From a virus (Duplodnaviria; Caudoviricetes), in the IMG/VR virus record IMGVR_UViG_3300017912_002838, positions 1 through 24,420 of that record: a DNA stretch of 24,420 nucleotides; one strand, written 5' to 3'. Numbering within the stretch: the stretch's first letter is position 1; each line of letters opens with the position of its first letter. The notes under the pieces were generated by a model. It did no database searches and was not told the origin of the DNA. It saw nothing but the letters and a program-made list of their open reading frames with translations. The position numbers and the translations under genes were made by a program. This document shows, in pieces, positions 7,759 to 15,715 of the stretch.

Positions 7759-8038
7759 AATCCTTACAATCTTTTTTTAAATTTTCTAAAACTTTTTCGA
7801 GCGCTTCTACCGCCCCGACATTGTACGACGCTTCGTGAGCCGAGATATCCTGAGTATGAATATTGATCTTTTTATACTCCAGTATCATCTTTTCCACCTG
7901 ATCTCTGATAGTTTCAATCTTCAAACTGAGCTTACCCATGTGTTTGATGGCTTCTATATTATAATTACCGATACGCCTTACGCGGTATTTAGATCGTCTT
8001 ATGCTTGATTTATCTATTTTAGTGCTTCTTATATCCAT
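7751..8038 (-). CDS. Hypothetical protein (95 aa)
   Basis: GAGGA RBS; operonic overlap. Confidence 0.65.
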   Translation of the reverse strand: MDIRSTKIDKSSIRRSKYRVRRIGNYNIEAIKHMGKLSLKIETIRDQVEKMILEYKKINIHTQDISAHEASYNVGAVEALEKVLENLKKDCKDFG

Positions 8039-8210
8039 CTCTGTCCTCGTGTAGTATCATATCGGCTAAATTTTCAAAGTCTTGCGCTATATAAACTAGG
8101 TTAGTGTGCTGTACATATTTGGCTATTTTAATTATCTTTCGCGTTTCGTCATCATCGGGGAGCAAGCCACGCTCCCCGTAGGTTATGATATATCTAAGTA
8201 CTTCTTCCAC
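8019..8210 (-). CDS. Hypothetical protein (63 aa)
   Basis: GTG start overlapping the TAG of the upstream ORF. Confidence 0.65.
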   Translation of the reverse strand: MEEVLRYIITYGERGLLPDDDETRKIIKIAKYVQHTNLVYIAQDFENLADMILHEDRDGYKKH

Positions 8211-8368
8211 TAGAGTCCTAGTAACTCCCGTAAAATGCCGCTAGGTATGGGGCTATCTGTATCTATTTTACCTATTTTCAATGTTACATATCCATCATCA
8301 TCCATTGTTATGTATGATACATCGTCTGTTAGATTATTCAAAGCCTTGGTTAAATCATCCCAGGTCAT
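8210..8368 (-). CDS. Hypothetical protein (52 aa), not in ORF track
   Basis: MTWDDLTKALNNLTDDVSYITMDDDGYVTLKIGKIDTDSPIPSGILRELLGL*; AGGAG RBS. Confidence 0.7.
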   Translation of the reverse strand: MTWDDLTKALNNLTDDVSYITMDDDGYVTLKIGKIDTDSPIPSGILRELLGL

Positions 8369-8428
8369 ATTTTTCTCCTATAGTTGACAATATCCTATAT
8401 AAGCACGTATAAAAATGCAAGTCAACAC

Positions 8429-8499
8429 AAAAAAAGCCCCCCAGAACTCTGGAGGGCTTTCAACTAACTACGGGAGCAGGCCTATGATAACCTGTTCAT
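8429..8499 (-). ncRNA. Putative trans-acting anti-RBS small RNA
   Basis: Promoter TTGTAA-17-TATCTT, then 5' stem CAGG..CCUG, seed CUCCCGUAGUUAGUUG (8461-8476), and terminator AAAGCCCUCCAG-AGUU-CUGGGGGGCUUUUUUU (8429-8460). Confidence 0.6.
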
Positions 8500-8504
8500 C
8501 TACT

Positions 8505-8533
8505 AAGATAAGCGAATATATAAGATATTACAA
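8505..8533 (-). promoter_or_regulatory. Sigma70-type promoter of the putative sRNA
   Basis: TTGTAA (8528-8533), 17 bp, TATCTT (8505-8510). Confidence 0.6.
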
Positions 8534-8779
8534 GCTTTTTTTTCGTTTTTTATTATTAAAAGCGTCTGGCGTGATAAAACCCTTATTTATATCGGATTTT
8601 ATGCGCTTAATTGTCTCTTCATCGTCCATAATTTTAGAATAATCAACGTCTTTTTTCTTTTTACGGCGTGTCATACGCTTAAATTTATCCACGACGCTTT
8701 GACTAAAGTGACGGATCTGATGATCTGTGCTTGTTTTTTTAAGAAAATTATTAATGTGAAACATATCTTCTAATTTCAT
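8528..8779 (-). CDS. Hypothetical basic protein (83 aa)
   Basis: Start reassigned to MKLEDMF, whose ATG overlaps the TGA of 8776..9015. Confidence 0.6.
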   Translation of the reverse strand: MKLEDMFHINNFLKKTSTDHQIRHFSQSVVDKFKRMTRRKKKKDVDYSKIMDDEETIKRIKSDINKGFITPDAFNNKKRKKSL

Positions 8780-9015
8780 TTCATAAACTCGGGCTTGCGT
8801 AAAGGGATGCGTACTTCGGGATAGCTGTAATGGCTTTCGACAGCCACACAATTAGGTTTCTGCACCCAAGGATCTTTGTGTTGGTTAAACATCTTTGCAT
8901 GATACAGGCAATTTTCTTCTTTTTCAAAAACAATACGATGCACTAAATGTTCCTTTGCTTCTACATCGGGTAAAGTTATTAAAAATAATACATAGTATAG
9001 CACTTTAGGCGTCAT
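8776..9015 (-). CDS. Hypothetical small protein with hydrophobic N-terminus and a Cys pair
   Basis: VLYYVLFLI then F.KEENC...NCV. Confidence 0.65.
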   Translation of the reverse strand: MTPKVLYYVLFLITLPDVEAKEHLVHRIVFEKEENCLYHAKMFNQHKDPWVQKPNCVAVESHYSYPEVRIPLRKPEFMK

Positions 9016-9018
9016 AGT

Positions 9019-9186
9019 TTAGCTAATCTTGGGCCGTGGGTCTAGGTCATCCTTTAATTTATTATAGATCTGGGCCATCATTTTCAGCTGAGTGTTGATA
9101 GTACGGCCTCGTTCCTCTGCATCTTTCTTGATACTATTGTACACTTCACGCGGAGTGACGATAGATTTGTACTTTTCTGTGTCCAT
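9019..9186 (-). CDS. Ribbon-helix-helix (Arc/CopG-like) regulator, 55 aa, not in ORF track
   Basis: MDTEKYKSIVTPREVYNSIKKDAEERGRTINTQLKMMAQIY...: beta strand KSIVTP, helix, GRT turn, helix. Own promoter TTGATT(9239-9244)-17-TATATT(9216-9221). Confidence 0.7.
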   Translation of the reverse strand: MDTEKYKSIVTPREVYNSIKKDAEERGRTINTQLKMMAQIYNKLKDDLDPRPKIS

Positions 9187-9245
9187 GTAAACGCCTTTTA
9201 TATAATTTTTATAAGAATATATAGGATACTTTACATAAAATCAAG

Positions 9246-9270
9246 AAAAAAAGCCCCGCGAGGCGGGGCC
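9246..9270 (-). terminator. Rho-independent terminator after polA
   Basis: GCCCCGC-CTC-GCGGGGC plus T7. Confidence 0.85.
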
Positions 9271-9314
9271 AGGTGGGAGGAAAGAACCGAACAAATGCCG
9301 TTAGCAGACAGTTT

Positions 9315-11207
9315 TTATTGAGCAGTTCCCCAGTCGGGGCCAATTTCAACGTCACATTTGCTCGGTATCTCTAAGTCTACGGCATTTTCCATAATTTCTG
9401 CAATAGTTTTTGCTTCTTTTTCATCTTTTACGGACATAGCTATCTCGTCATGTATTTGTATAAGCGGTAATCGTCCTGTTTTATATATATCTACCATAGC
9501 TTTCTTAGTCATATCGGCTGCGGAGGCCTGTATTAATCTGTTCAGGGCCTTGTAGCTGTAAGCACGTTTTAATTTTGTCGTGGGCCCATATTCCCGGACC
9601 GCCTCGCTGTAGGGCAGGGCCTTGTTCATCTTAAAACTATCGGGTTCCCACAGATCAAAGCGGCATTTACGGCCAAGCAGCGAGCGTATAGATCCTTTTC
9701 CGCCTTGTTCGTTGAGTCTATTTTGCACGCCTGTCATCAATCCACGGACAAAAGGCACGCGGTCATTATACTGTGCGACAAGATCCTTGGCCTCATCGAG
9801 CGATATATCGAGCTGTTCGGACATTTTTTTCACGCCCATGCCGTATATGAGCCCTAAATTTATGGTTTTGGCCTGTTTTCGTGGTATTTTTGCCATCTCT
9901 GCGACCATGGTATGGAAATCCATGCTTGAATCATGCCGATAGCCGTGGACAAATTCGTCTATACCCTTGAGTGGTATGCCCCTGCTGTTGCCATATATAT
10001 AGGCATAGTGAACCAGGATTCGTGGTTCTTGCTGCGAATAATCGATAGCCGCCCATTGTTCTCCTTCTTCTGGCAGAAACAGAGAGCGAATCATGGGGCC
10101 AAGCTCAGGGTCACGGGCCGGGATCTGCTGTAAATTTGGATTATTCATAGAGATGCGCCCGGATACGGTGCCGCCGTCGTCGGAGCGTATCTGATTTATG
10201 TGGCTATGTATACGGCCATCGGACCGACAATGCTTCATTATAGTATTAATAAACGTGCCGGATGTTTTATTTAGGTTGCGTGCCTGGACAATAAGCTGCG
10301 GTAGTTCGTGTGTATGCTCGCTTAAAAACTGTTTTGTAAACGACGGGGCACCTTTGTCTGTGCGTGGATACTGTATGCTTAGCGCCTCAAACGCTTTTGC
10401 GATAGAGGCTGCTGCCCATATTTCTACGTCGTGACCTACAAGTTTTTTAATCCCACTTAATACTTCTTGCTCACGTTTGATAAGAGAAGTACGAGTACGT
10501 TCCACTTTATCCTGGTCCACGCGTACACCACGCCAGGTCATATCTATAAGGCAGGGCAGCAAGTCTAACTCTAAGTTAGCTACGTCCCATAGATCTTCTT
10601 TACCAAGCTGACCCGATAGATATCCCCATAACTCTAGGGTCAGGGAGGCATCACCCTCGGCATACGGTCCGACATACATGGCAGGCATTTTCCACAGCTC
10701 ACCTTTTGGATCTAAACCAAAGCTACGCGCGGCCTCTATAAGATTTTTCTCAGACTTCACCTTACCTATGTGGTCATAGGCTAAGGCATTCAGGCTATAA
10801 CTCATACGATTCTCGTCTAGTAGCGCCGCTATCAGCATAGTATCGATGATACGACCGTTTAGTGTAAAACCCATGCGCCGTATCCATCCTGCATCATACT
10901 GTGCGTTGTGCATGATTTTATCCGCAGGACTCTCAAATACTTTCTTCAGCCAGTTATTTACAATGCGCTCATCTAGATTACCACCGTATTTGTGACGAAT
11001 CGGTATATAGCCTGCCCAATCACTGACGGCAATAGCATAGCCAACAACCTCGCCATCGCCTGTTGGCCACCCTGGTCCGAGAGTCTTGATGTTAGGATCG
11101 CGTGTCTCTACATCAATAGCTATTTGCTTTGCGTCAAATATATTAGGAAGCTCGCTAGGTGGCAGCCATTCTGACTTTGGCGTGTCAAACGCTAACTGCA
11201 AAGACAT
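9315..11207 (-). CDS. polA: DNA polymerase family A (3'-5' exonuclease + polymerase, no 5'-3' exonuclease)
   Basis: IAIDVET (ExoI), HNAQYD (ExoII), YAEGDA (ExoIII), SGRISMNNPNLQQIP, DYSQQEPRIL (motif A), KTINLGLIYG (motif B), QIHDE (motif C). Confidence 0.97.
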   Translation of the reverse strand: MSLQLAFDTPKSEWLPPSELPNIFDAKQIAIDVETRDPNIKTLGPGWPTGDGEVVGYAIAVSDWAGYIPIRHKYGGNLDERIVNNWLKKVFESPADKIMHNAQYDAGWIRRMGFTLNGRIIDTMLIAALLDENRMSYSLNALAYDHIGKVKSEKNLIEAARSFGLDPKGELWKMPAMYVGPYAEGDASLTLELWGYLSGQLGKEDLWDVANLELDLLPCLIDMTWRGVRVDQDKVERTRTSLIKREQEVLSGIKKLVGHDVEIWAAASIAKAFEALSIQYPRTDKGAPSFTKQFLSEHTHELPQLIVQARNLNKTSGTFINTIMKHCRSDGRIHSHINQIRSDDGGTVSGRISMNNPNLQQIPARDPELGPMIRSLFLPEEGEQWAAIDYSQQEPRILVHYAYIYGNSRGIPLKGIDEFVHGYRHDSSMDFHTMVAEMAKIPRKQAKTINLGLIYGMGVKKMSEQLDISLDEAKDLVAQYNDRVPFVRGLMTGVQNRLNEQGGKGSIRSLLGRKCRFDLWEPDSFKMNKALPYSEAVREYGPTTKLKRAYSYKALNRLIQASAADMTKKAMVDIYKTGRLPLIQIHDEIAMSVKDEKEAKTIAEIMENAVDLEIPSKCDVEIGPDWGTAQ

Positions 11208-11461
11208 TATTTTTCTCCCCCAAGAGCACCATAGCCACAGATATCAAGCCAGGAATCTTCATGGTCCGGTGTTTCTATCAGGCGTGATAGCTTGACGGCT
11301 ATCATACATTGGTATACTTGCGCGACGGTGACTTCTCTTTCAAGCAGCACGGACCACATTTTGGCTATGCGCTCATGGTTCTCATGGGCATCGCCGTAGT
11401 CCTTGGCCCGTGGGCCGTTAATCATCTTCTCGGCTTTCTCTAGTATTTGTTTCCTGTTCAT
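11207..11461 (-). CDS. DUF6378-like small protein
   Basis: INGPRAKDYGD..ENHERIA.MWS...MIAVKLSRL...HEDSWLDICGYGAL. Confidence 0.8.
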   Translation of the reverse strand: MNRKQILEKAEKMINGPRAKDYGDAHENHERIAKMWSVLLEREVTVAQVYQCMIAVKLSRLIETPDHEDSWLDICGYGALGGEK

Positions 11462-12990
11462 ATGCTGTAACTCCTCAATGCATCTTCTGGCTCGATTAAA
11501 TATAAGTTTTTTTTAGTTCGTGTTACACCGACATAGAATACCCGGTGTAGCTCGTCAGGATCCTGCTCAGCGGCCTTTGACGCTGCCGGAGACACATCGG
11601 TAAAGAGAACGACGTTGTCGGCCTCTCCGCCCTTAGATCCGTGGATAGTGGACAAATGTATACGGGGCGTGCCGTTAAACTTCTCTCCACGCCTGAGCAG
11701 AGCGGTAATATAGGCCCGTTCTCCATCAGGTATTCTGTCCATGGCCTCATGCCATATCATATCTTTTGTAGCAAGTAGACCATGATTTACTTGTAATTGC
11801 TCTAATGTAATCTCGTCATCGTCCATGAGATGCGGTAGTTTTTTAAAACCACGCTTTACACGATTACCGACAGACATATAGCTATATACTGTTCTTGCCG
11901 ATTGTGCCGTTACAGATTTGCCTTTTCGCATTTGTTCCCATCCATTGACGGCCTCACTTATTTTTTGTGATATGGACCGTTTACCGTGATACGCAAACAG
12001 TAAGCCGCTGCTGCGTAGACTATCTATAACATTGTGCAGAAAGTAATTAGCCTGGGCCAGTATGAGCCAAGTGCCGTCAGATAAGTCTATATCACTAACA
12101 TCATTGAGGCGCTGCACCTCACCGTCCTCTTCTTTAGGTAAGTAACTCTTTGGCACCCGTCTATGTATACGTTTTGATATACGCGCGGCGATTGCATGGA
12201 TGTTTCGTGGTACGCGATACGATTGCTCTAGTACCTCATAACCCCCGTCGAGTCCTATAAGATGCTCCACCTCGGCACCTGCCCACTTGTATATGGCCTG
12301 GTCATCATCGCCTGCACAGTATATCTTATCGGAGTATTTTTCTATTATGTGCGCAACATCCCATTGCAGAGGTGAGAGATCCTGTGCTTCATCTATAAAA
12401 CTCACACTTAGATTCGGACAGAACTTAGAGCTTTCATTTACAAATATCTCAAGCATATCGGTAAAGTCATACAGCTGTAATCGTTTCTTGTAGTTAATTA
12501 AGGATTCGGCCACATAGGATAGTGTTACCCAGTCTATATCGGTATTTGATTGGTTGTACTGAGAGCGTAGAGGCACTTTACGCAGCCTAGCCAGGTTTAT
12601 AATACTTAATATGGGATCAGAGTTTGCGTTAGACTCTAATATATTGTCCTCTGCGTTGAATCTGTCCACAGTAATACTGACGCCTATGGCGCGTGATAAC
12701 TCTCTGTAATGCTCAGCCTGCATAATTTGTTCGGGGCGTATGCCTGACAAGCGCAGAGCAAAGCTATGCAAGGTACGAAACCATGGCAATTGCTTGGGCT
12801 CCAAACTAAATCGTTGACACGCACGCTCTATCGCTTCATATGCTGCCTGCCGCGTAAACGCAAAGTATCCTATCTTTGAGGGATGAATACCTTGGTTTAG
12901 TGCGTCATCAACCTTGTTCAGTAGAGCGGTGGTCTTCCCCGTCCCTGGTGGGCCGTATATCCTGAATATCTTTGTTTTCATTCTGCTCAT
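11458..12990 (-). CDS. UvrD/Rep-like superfamily 1 helicase
   Basis: GPPGTGKTT, IDEAQD, AGDDDQAIY, QSYRVP, STIHGSKGGEADNV, YVGVTR. Start may be MKTK at 12981. Confidence 0.93.
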   Translation of the reverse strand: MSRMKTKIFRIYGPPGTGKTTALLNKVDDALNQGIHPSKIGYFAFTRQAAYEAIERACQRFSLEPKQLPWFRTLHSFALRLSGIRPEQIMQAEHYRELSRAIGVSITVDRFNAEDNILESNANSDPILSIINLARLRKVPLRSQYNQSNTDIDWVTLSYVAESLINYKKRLQLYDFTDMLEIFVNESSKFCPNLSVSFIDEAQDLSPLQWDVAHIIEKYSDKIYCAGDDDQAIYKWAGAEVEHLIGLDGGYEVLEQSYRVPRNIHAIAARISKRIHRRVPKSYLPKEEDGEVQRLNDVSDIDLSDGTWLILAQANYFLHNVIDSLRSSGLLFAYHGKRSISQKISEAVNGWEQMRKGKSVTAQSARTVYSYMSVGNRVKRGFKKLPHLMDDDEITLEQLQVNHGLLATKDMIWHEAMDRIPDGERAYITALLRRGEKFNGTPRIHLSTIHGSKGGEADNVVLFTDVSPAASKAAEQDPDELHRVFYVGVTRTKKNLYLIEPEDALRSYSI

Positions 12991-13123
12991 CTATTTTTTT
13001 TACTATAACACGTATGCGCTCACGAGTGAGTCCATACATCTTTCCAATAGCCGTCAGCGTCATTAATTTATCTGTTCTAAGAGAATATATTTCGTTATTA
13101 CGCTGATTATATTTCAAGTGCAT
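12908..13123 (-). CDS. Small sigma70 region-4-like HTH protein
   Basis: RNNEIY.LR...TLTAIGKMYGLTRERIRVIV; GGAGG upstream of MHLKY (13123). Confidence 0.75.
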   Translation of the reverse strand: MHLKYNQRNNEIYSLRTDKLMTLTAIGKMYGLTRERIRVIVKKIDEQNENKDIQDIRPTRDGEDHRSTEQG

Positions 13124-13355
13124 CTTCAAGATCCTCCATACTTCCATATCTCTTTATAAATATGGGCGTAGTTTCTCCGACCCAAGCACCGGCAGTATTA
13201 AAATCAAAATACTCCACGGCTTCTTCGTAAGGCATACCATGACGCCGACACAGTATAGCTATACACTCATCTCTATCATAGGCAATAATATCTTTTTGAC
13301 CACACCGGCTGCCTATGCCTATTACAGCCTTATCAAATCCATCGGCTTTTAACAT
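13107..13355 (-). CDS. Conserved phage hypothetical protein
   Basis: ADGFDKAVIG...YD...EEAVEYFDFN..GAWVGE.TPIF, a widespread small phage family. Confidence 0.8.
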   Translation of the reverse strand: MLKADGFDKAVIGIGSRCGQKDIIAYDRDECIAILCRRHGMPYEEAVEYFDFNTAGAWVGETTPIFIKRYGSMEDLEDALEI

Positions 13356-14899
13356 TAAAATACCTCCTTCTTATCATTAATACCAAAATCAGGCGCAGAT
13401 ACTGTTACTTCCTTGTTTACAAAGGCCGGTATCTTCCAAACACGCACAGGACGCCCCTTGATCTTTATAAGCTTACTCTCACCGCCTCTGTCACGTAATC
13501 GTTGCGCCATCTTATATGTCTTATACTCAAAGAAGCGATGTTTCTTGAGATGGTTTTCAAAGTCTTTAAGACGAAAGTACGTTACGTTTTCTTCTTCATC
13601 TGTCCAAGGACGCTTCAATAGTATCTCTTCTTTATCTTGTGCCTGCTGCAAATGCGAACAAAACTCTTCAAGATGGTCATAAAACTGACCTGTGATGCTT
13701 GCATCTTCAGGCACCTCTATAATAGCACTCTCGTTTTCACGCATTTCACGCAGTAAACTGGATATGCGTGTCTCCCATATATTACGATTTACGGACTGTG
13801 GCATGAAGTTTAATTGTTCCATACAGGCCTTTTGAAAGGTAGTTTGGTTTTGTAATGCGTCTGTATCCAATTCTAAGGGCTCACTATTGACGTCTACGAA
13901 CCATACGGGTGGTACAGAATTATATTTACGCAAGTTGGCTATCATGGCCCCTTGTATGGCCGCTCCTATGCCATGGCGTCGTGTAAGACATAGAGTCTTG
14001 TTGCAATGCGCGTTGATAGGTGAGTCATTACATTTATAGGCATAATCTTTTTTCTGTAGCTGTTTTGCCACAATATTAACTTCGCCAAGCGGCAGAGGTG
14101 GCTCAAGATAGTTTGTGTTGTACACCTGTATCTCTGTTTCCCATGTGTCCGGGTATGCTTTGCGTAGATACACGCCAAGATTAAATAATCCATTGTTGCG
14201 CCCACCCTCTGATATCTTTTTTCGTGCTAATATTTGTAAGCACGGTGGGCCGTCAACCAATATGTCTTCTTTAATATTCTCGCCAATGCGTAGCTTGGAT
14301 AGTTGCTCAGGTGTCTGTTTATATTTTTCATACAGTTCTATAAACTCATCAAGCGTGGCGCCTGTGCCGTCGTCCTTGATGGCATATCGTAGACCACTCT
14401 CGGCATCAAAGTAAGGCAGATTAAGAAAGTTACCTACATCATCACGGTCAAGGTTTAGTTTTATCTGCTTAGGAAAGACCTCGCTACCGCCATATCCAAG
14501 TGCGGCCGATATTTGCTGTAATGTTTTCTGCATATCCTCAGCGTCAATCCACTCTGTGGAGAACAAGAAACAATGCGCTCCACCTGACTTAGATCGACAG
14601 ATCACCAAAGGCAGTTTTAGTTTTCGTATCTTTTTCACTAATACTTTATGGTCCAGGGGATATTGATCCACATCAATACATCCCCAGACACATTTGTTTT
14701 CTTCGTTTATGGGTATGATACCTACTGCCCGGCCCTTACCAGACAGGTGACCCTCCCATAGCTCTGTGGACCGTGGCTCGCGAATAATCGCGGCACGGCC
14801 CGTGCTCTTACCATTTAATTGCTTCTTGTCAATCTTAAACGTGCCATACGCCAACCGCAGGCCGTCAAAGATAGCGGCAAATTTTTCAGTTGTAGACAT
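13355..14899 (-). CDS. Archaeo-eukaryotic-type primase (prim-pol) with PriCT-like domain
   Basis: WGCIDVD (DxD), RSKSGGAH, GNFLNLPY, GPPCL, EGGRNNGLFNLG, Cys cluster YKC...HC...C. Confidence 0.82.
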   Translation of the reverse strand: MSTTEKFAAIFDGLRLAYGTFKIDKKQLNGKSTGRAAIIREPRSTELWEGHLSGKGRAVGIIPINEENKCVWGCIDVDQYPLDHKVLVKKIRKLKLPLVICRSKSGGAHCFLFSTEWIDAEDMQKTLQQISAALGYGGSEVFPKQIKLNLDRDDVGNFLNLPYFDAESGLRYAIKDDGTGATLDEFIELYEKYKQTPEQLSKLRIGENIKEDILVDGPPCLQILARKKISEGGRNNGLFNLGVYLRKAYPDTWETEIQVYNTNYLEPPLPLGEVNIVAKQLQKKDYAYKCNDSPINAHCNKTLCLTRRHGIGAAIQGAMIANLRKYNSVPPVWFVDVNSEPLELDTDALQNQTTFQKACMEQLNFMPQSVNRNIWETRISSLLREMRENESAIIEVPEDASITGQFYDHLEEFCSHLQQAQDKEEILLKRPWTDEEENVTYFRLKDFENHLKKHRFFEYKTYKMAQRLRDRGGESKLIKIKGRPVRVWKIPAFVNKEVTVSAPDFGINDKKEVF

Positions 14900-14905
14900 T
14901 GATAG

Positions 14906-15715
14906 TTAGAATACTTTTTTGTCTTTAGAAGTATCTTCAGCTACAGGTTCCGGATTACCCTCATTGTCAGCTTGATGCTTAACAGGCACTTCACCGGCTT
15001 TGATGCTTTGAGCAAAAGCTTTTGCCCGATTATAAACGCTCTCATCAGTAACCATACTGTCCTTTGCCATCTCCCAACCGTGCCAACTACCTTTGTCGTT
15101 TTTCTCTGGGACGGTGGTGAGTTTATAAATATGGCTAAAACGTGGTGGACTAAAGGCGCCATTAGCACTAGGCAAGACAATGGATTTTATTAACGTATTC
15201 CATTTCTTCGACTTTTTACGCTGCGTAGATTTCATTGTAATCAAGGCAGGCTCAGCAGCACCATCGTCTTTCAACAACAATACAAAATGCTGATGCGTTT
15301 CTTCAATGTAATCTCCGTCGGCACCCACAACCTTGTCCTGATTAGTGTTTTCGTCTCTCTGTGTTTCAGGTCTTTTTTCGTTAGGCAGGTATATAGCAAC
15401 CGGTGCTCCTGTGCCATTGCCACGTGGTGCCCATTGAATAAACCGAACTTGGTAAGAACACGGTATAACTCTAATACCGTCTTTACCTTTAAAGATCTCT
15501 TTACTGACCGTATTATAAATGTCACCTTTTTTGGCATTATCGTTTTCATTCATAATATCATCGTCTTGACCAGATATTATCTTGAGAAACGGTGTAGCCA
15601 GATCTTCTTGACCAACATTTTCGTTACCCATATCTTGGTCTTGTTCAAACATAGAACTTAAAGCGACCATATTTGCAGATTTAGGGTCTGCTACCTCTTT
15701 TTTTGCTTCAGCCAT
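14906..15715 (-). CDS. Putative single-stranded DNA-binding protein
   Basis: DLATPFLKI, ITMKSTQ.KKSKKWN, NDKGSWHGW, acidic tail ending in F; located in the replication operon. Confidence 0.6.
   Translation of the reverse strand: MAEAKKEVADPKSANMVALSSMFEQDQDMGNENVGQEDLATPFLKIISGQDDDIMNENDNAKKGDIYNTVSKEIFKGKDGIRVIPCSYQVRFIQWAPRGNGTGAPVAIYLPNEKRPETQRDENTNQDKVVGADGDYIEETHQHFVLLLKDDGAAEPALITMKSTQRKKSKKWNTLIKSIVLPSANGAFSPPRFSHIYKLTTVPEKNDKGSWHGWEMAKDSMVTDESVYNRAKAFAQSIKAGEVPVKHQADNEGNPEPVAEDTSKDKKVF

Noticed and set aside
7567-7866. Plus-strand 99-aa ORF
   Set aside because: Antisense to two coupled minus-strand genes; no RBS.
8415-8483. Start of the 75-aa plus ORF at 8415
   Set aside because: Runs through a terminator hairpin and lacks an RBS; only the 8484 start is kept as an alternative hypothesis.
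14900-14908. TAACTAT just before the primase start as a seventh sRNA target
   Set aside because: Only 6-7 nt, formed by the upstream stop codon, with no adjoining GGAG.
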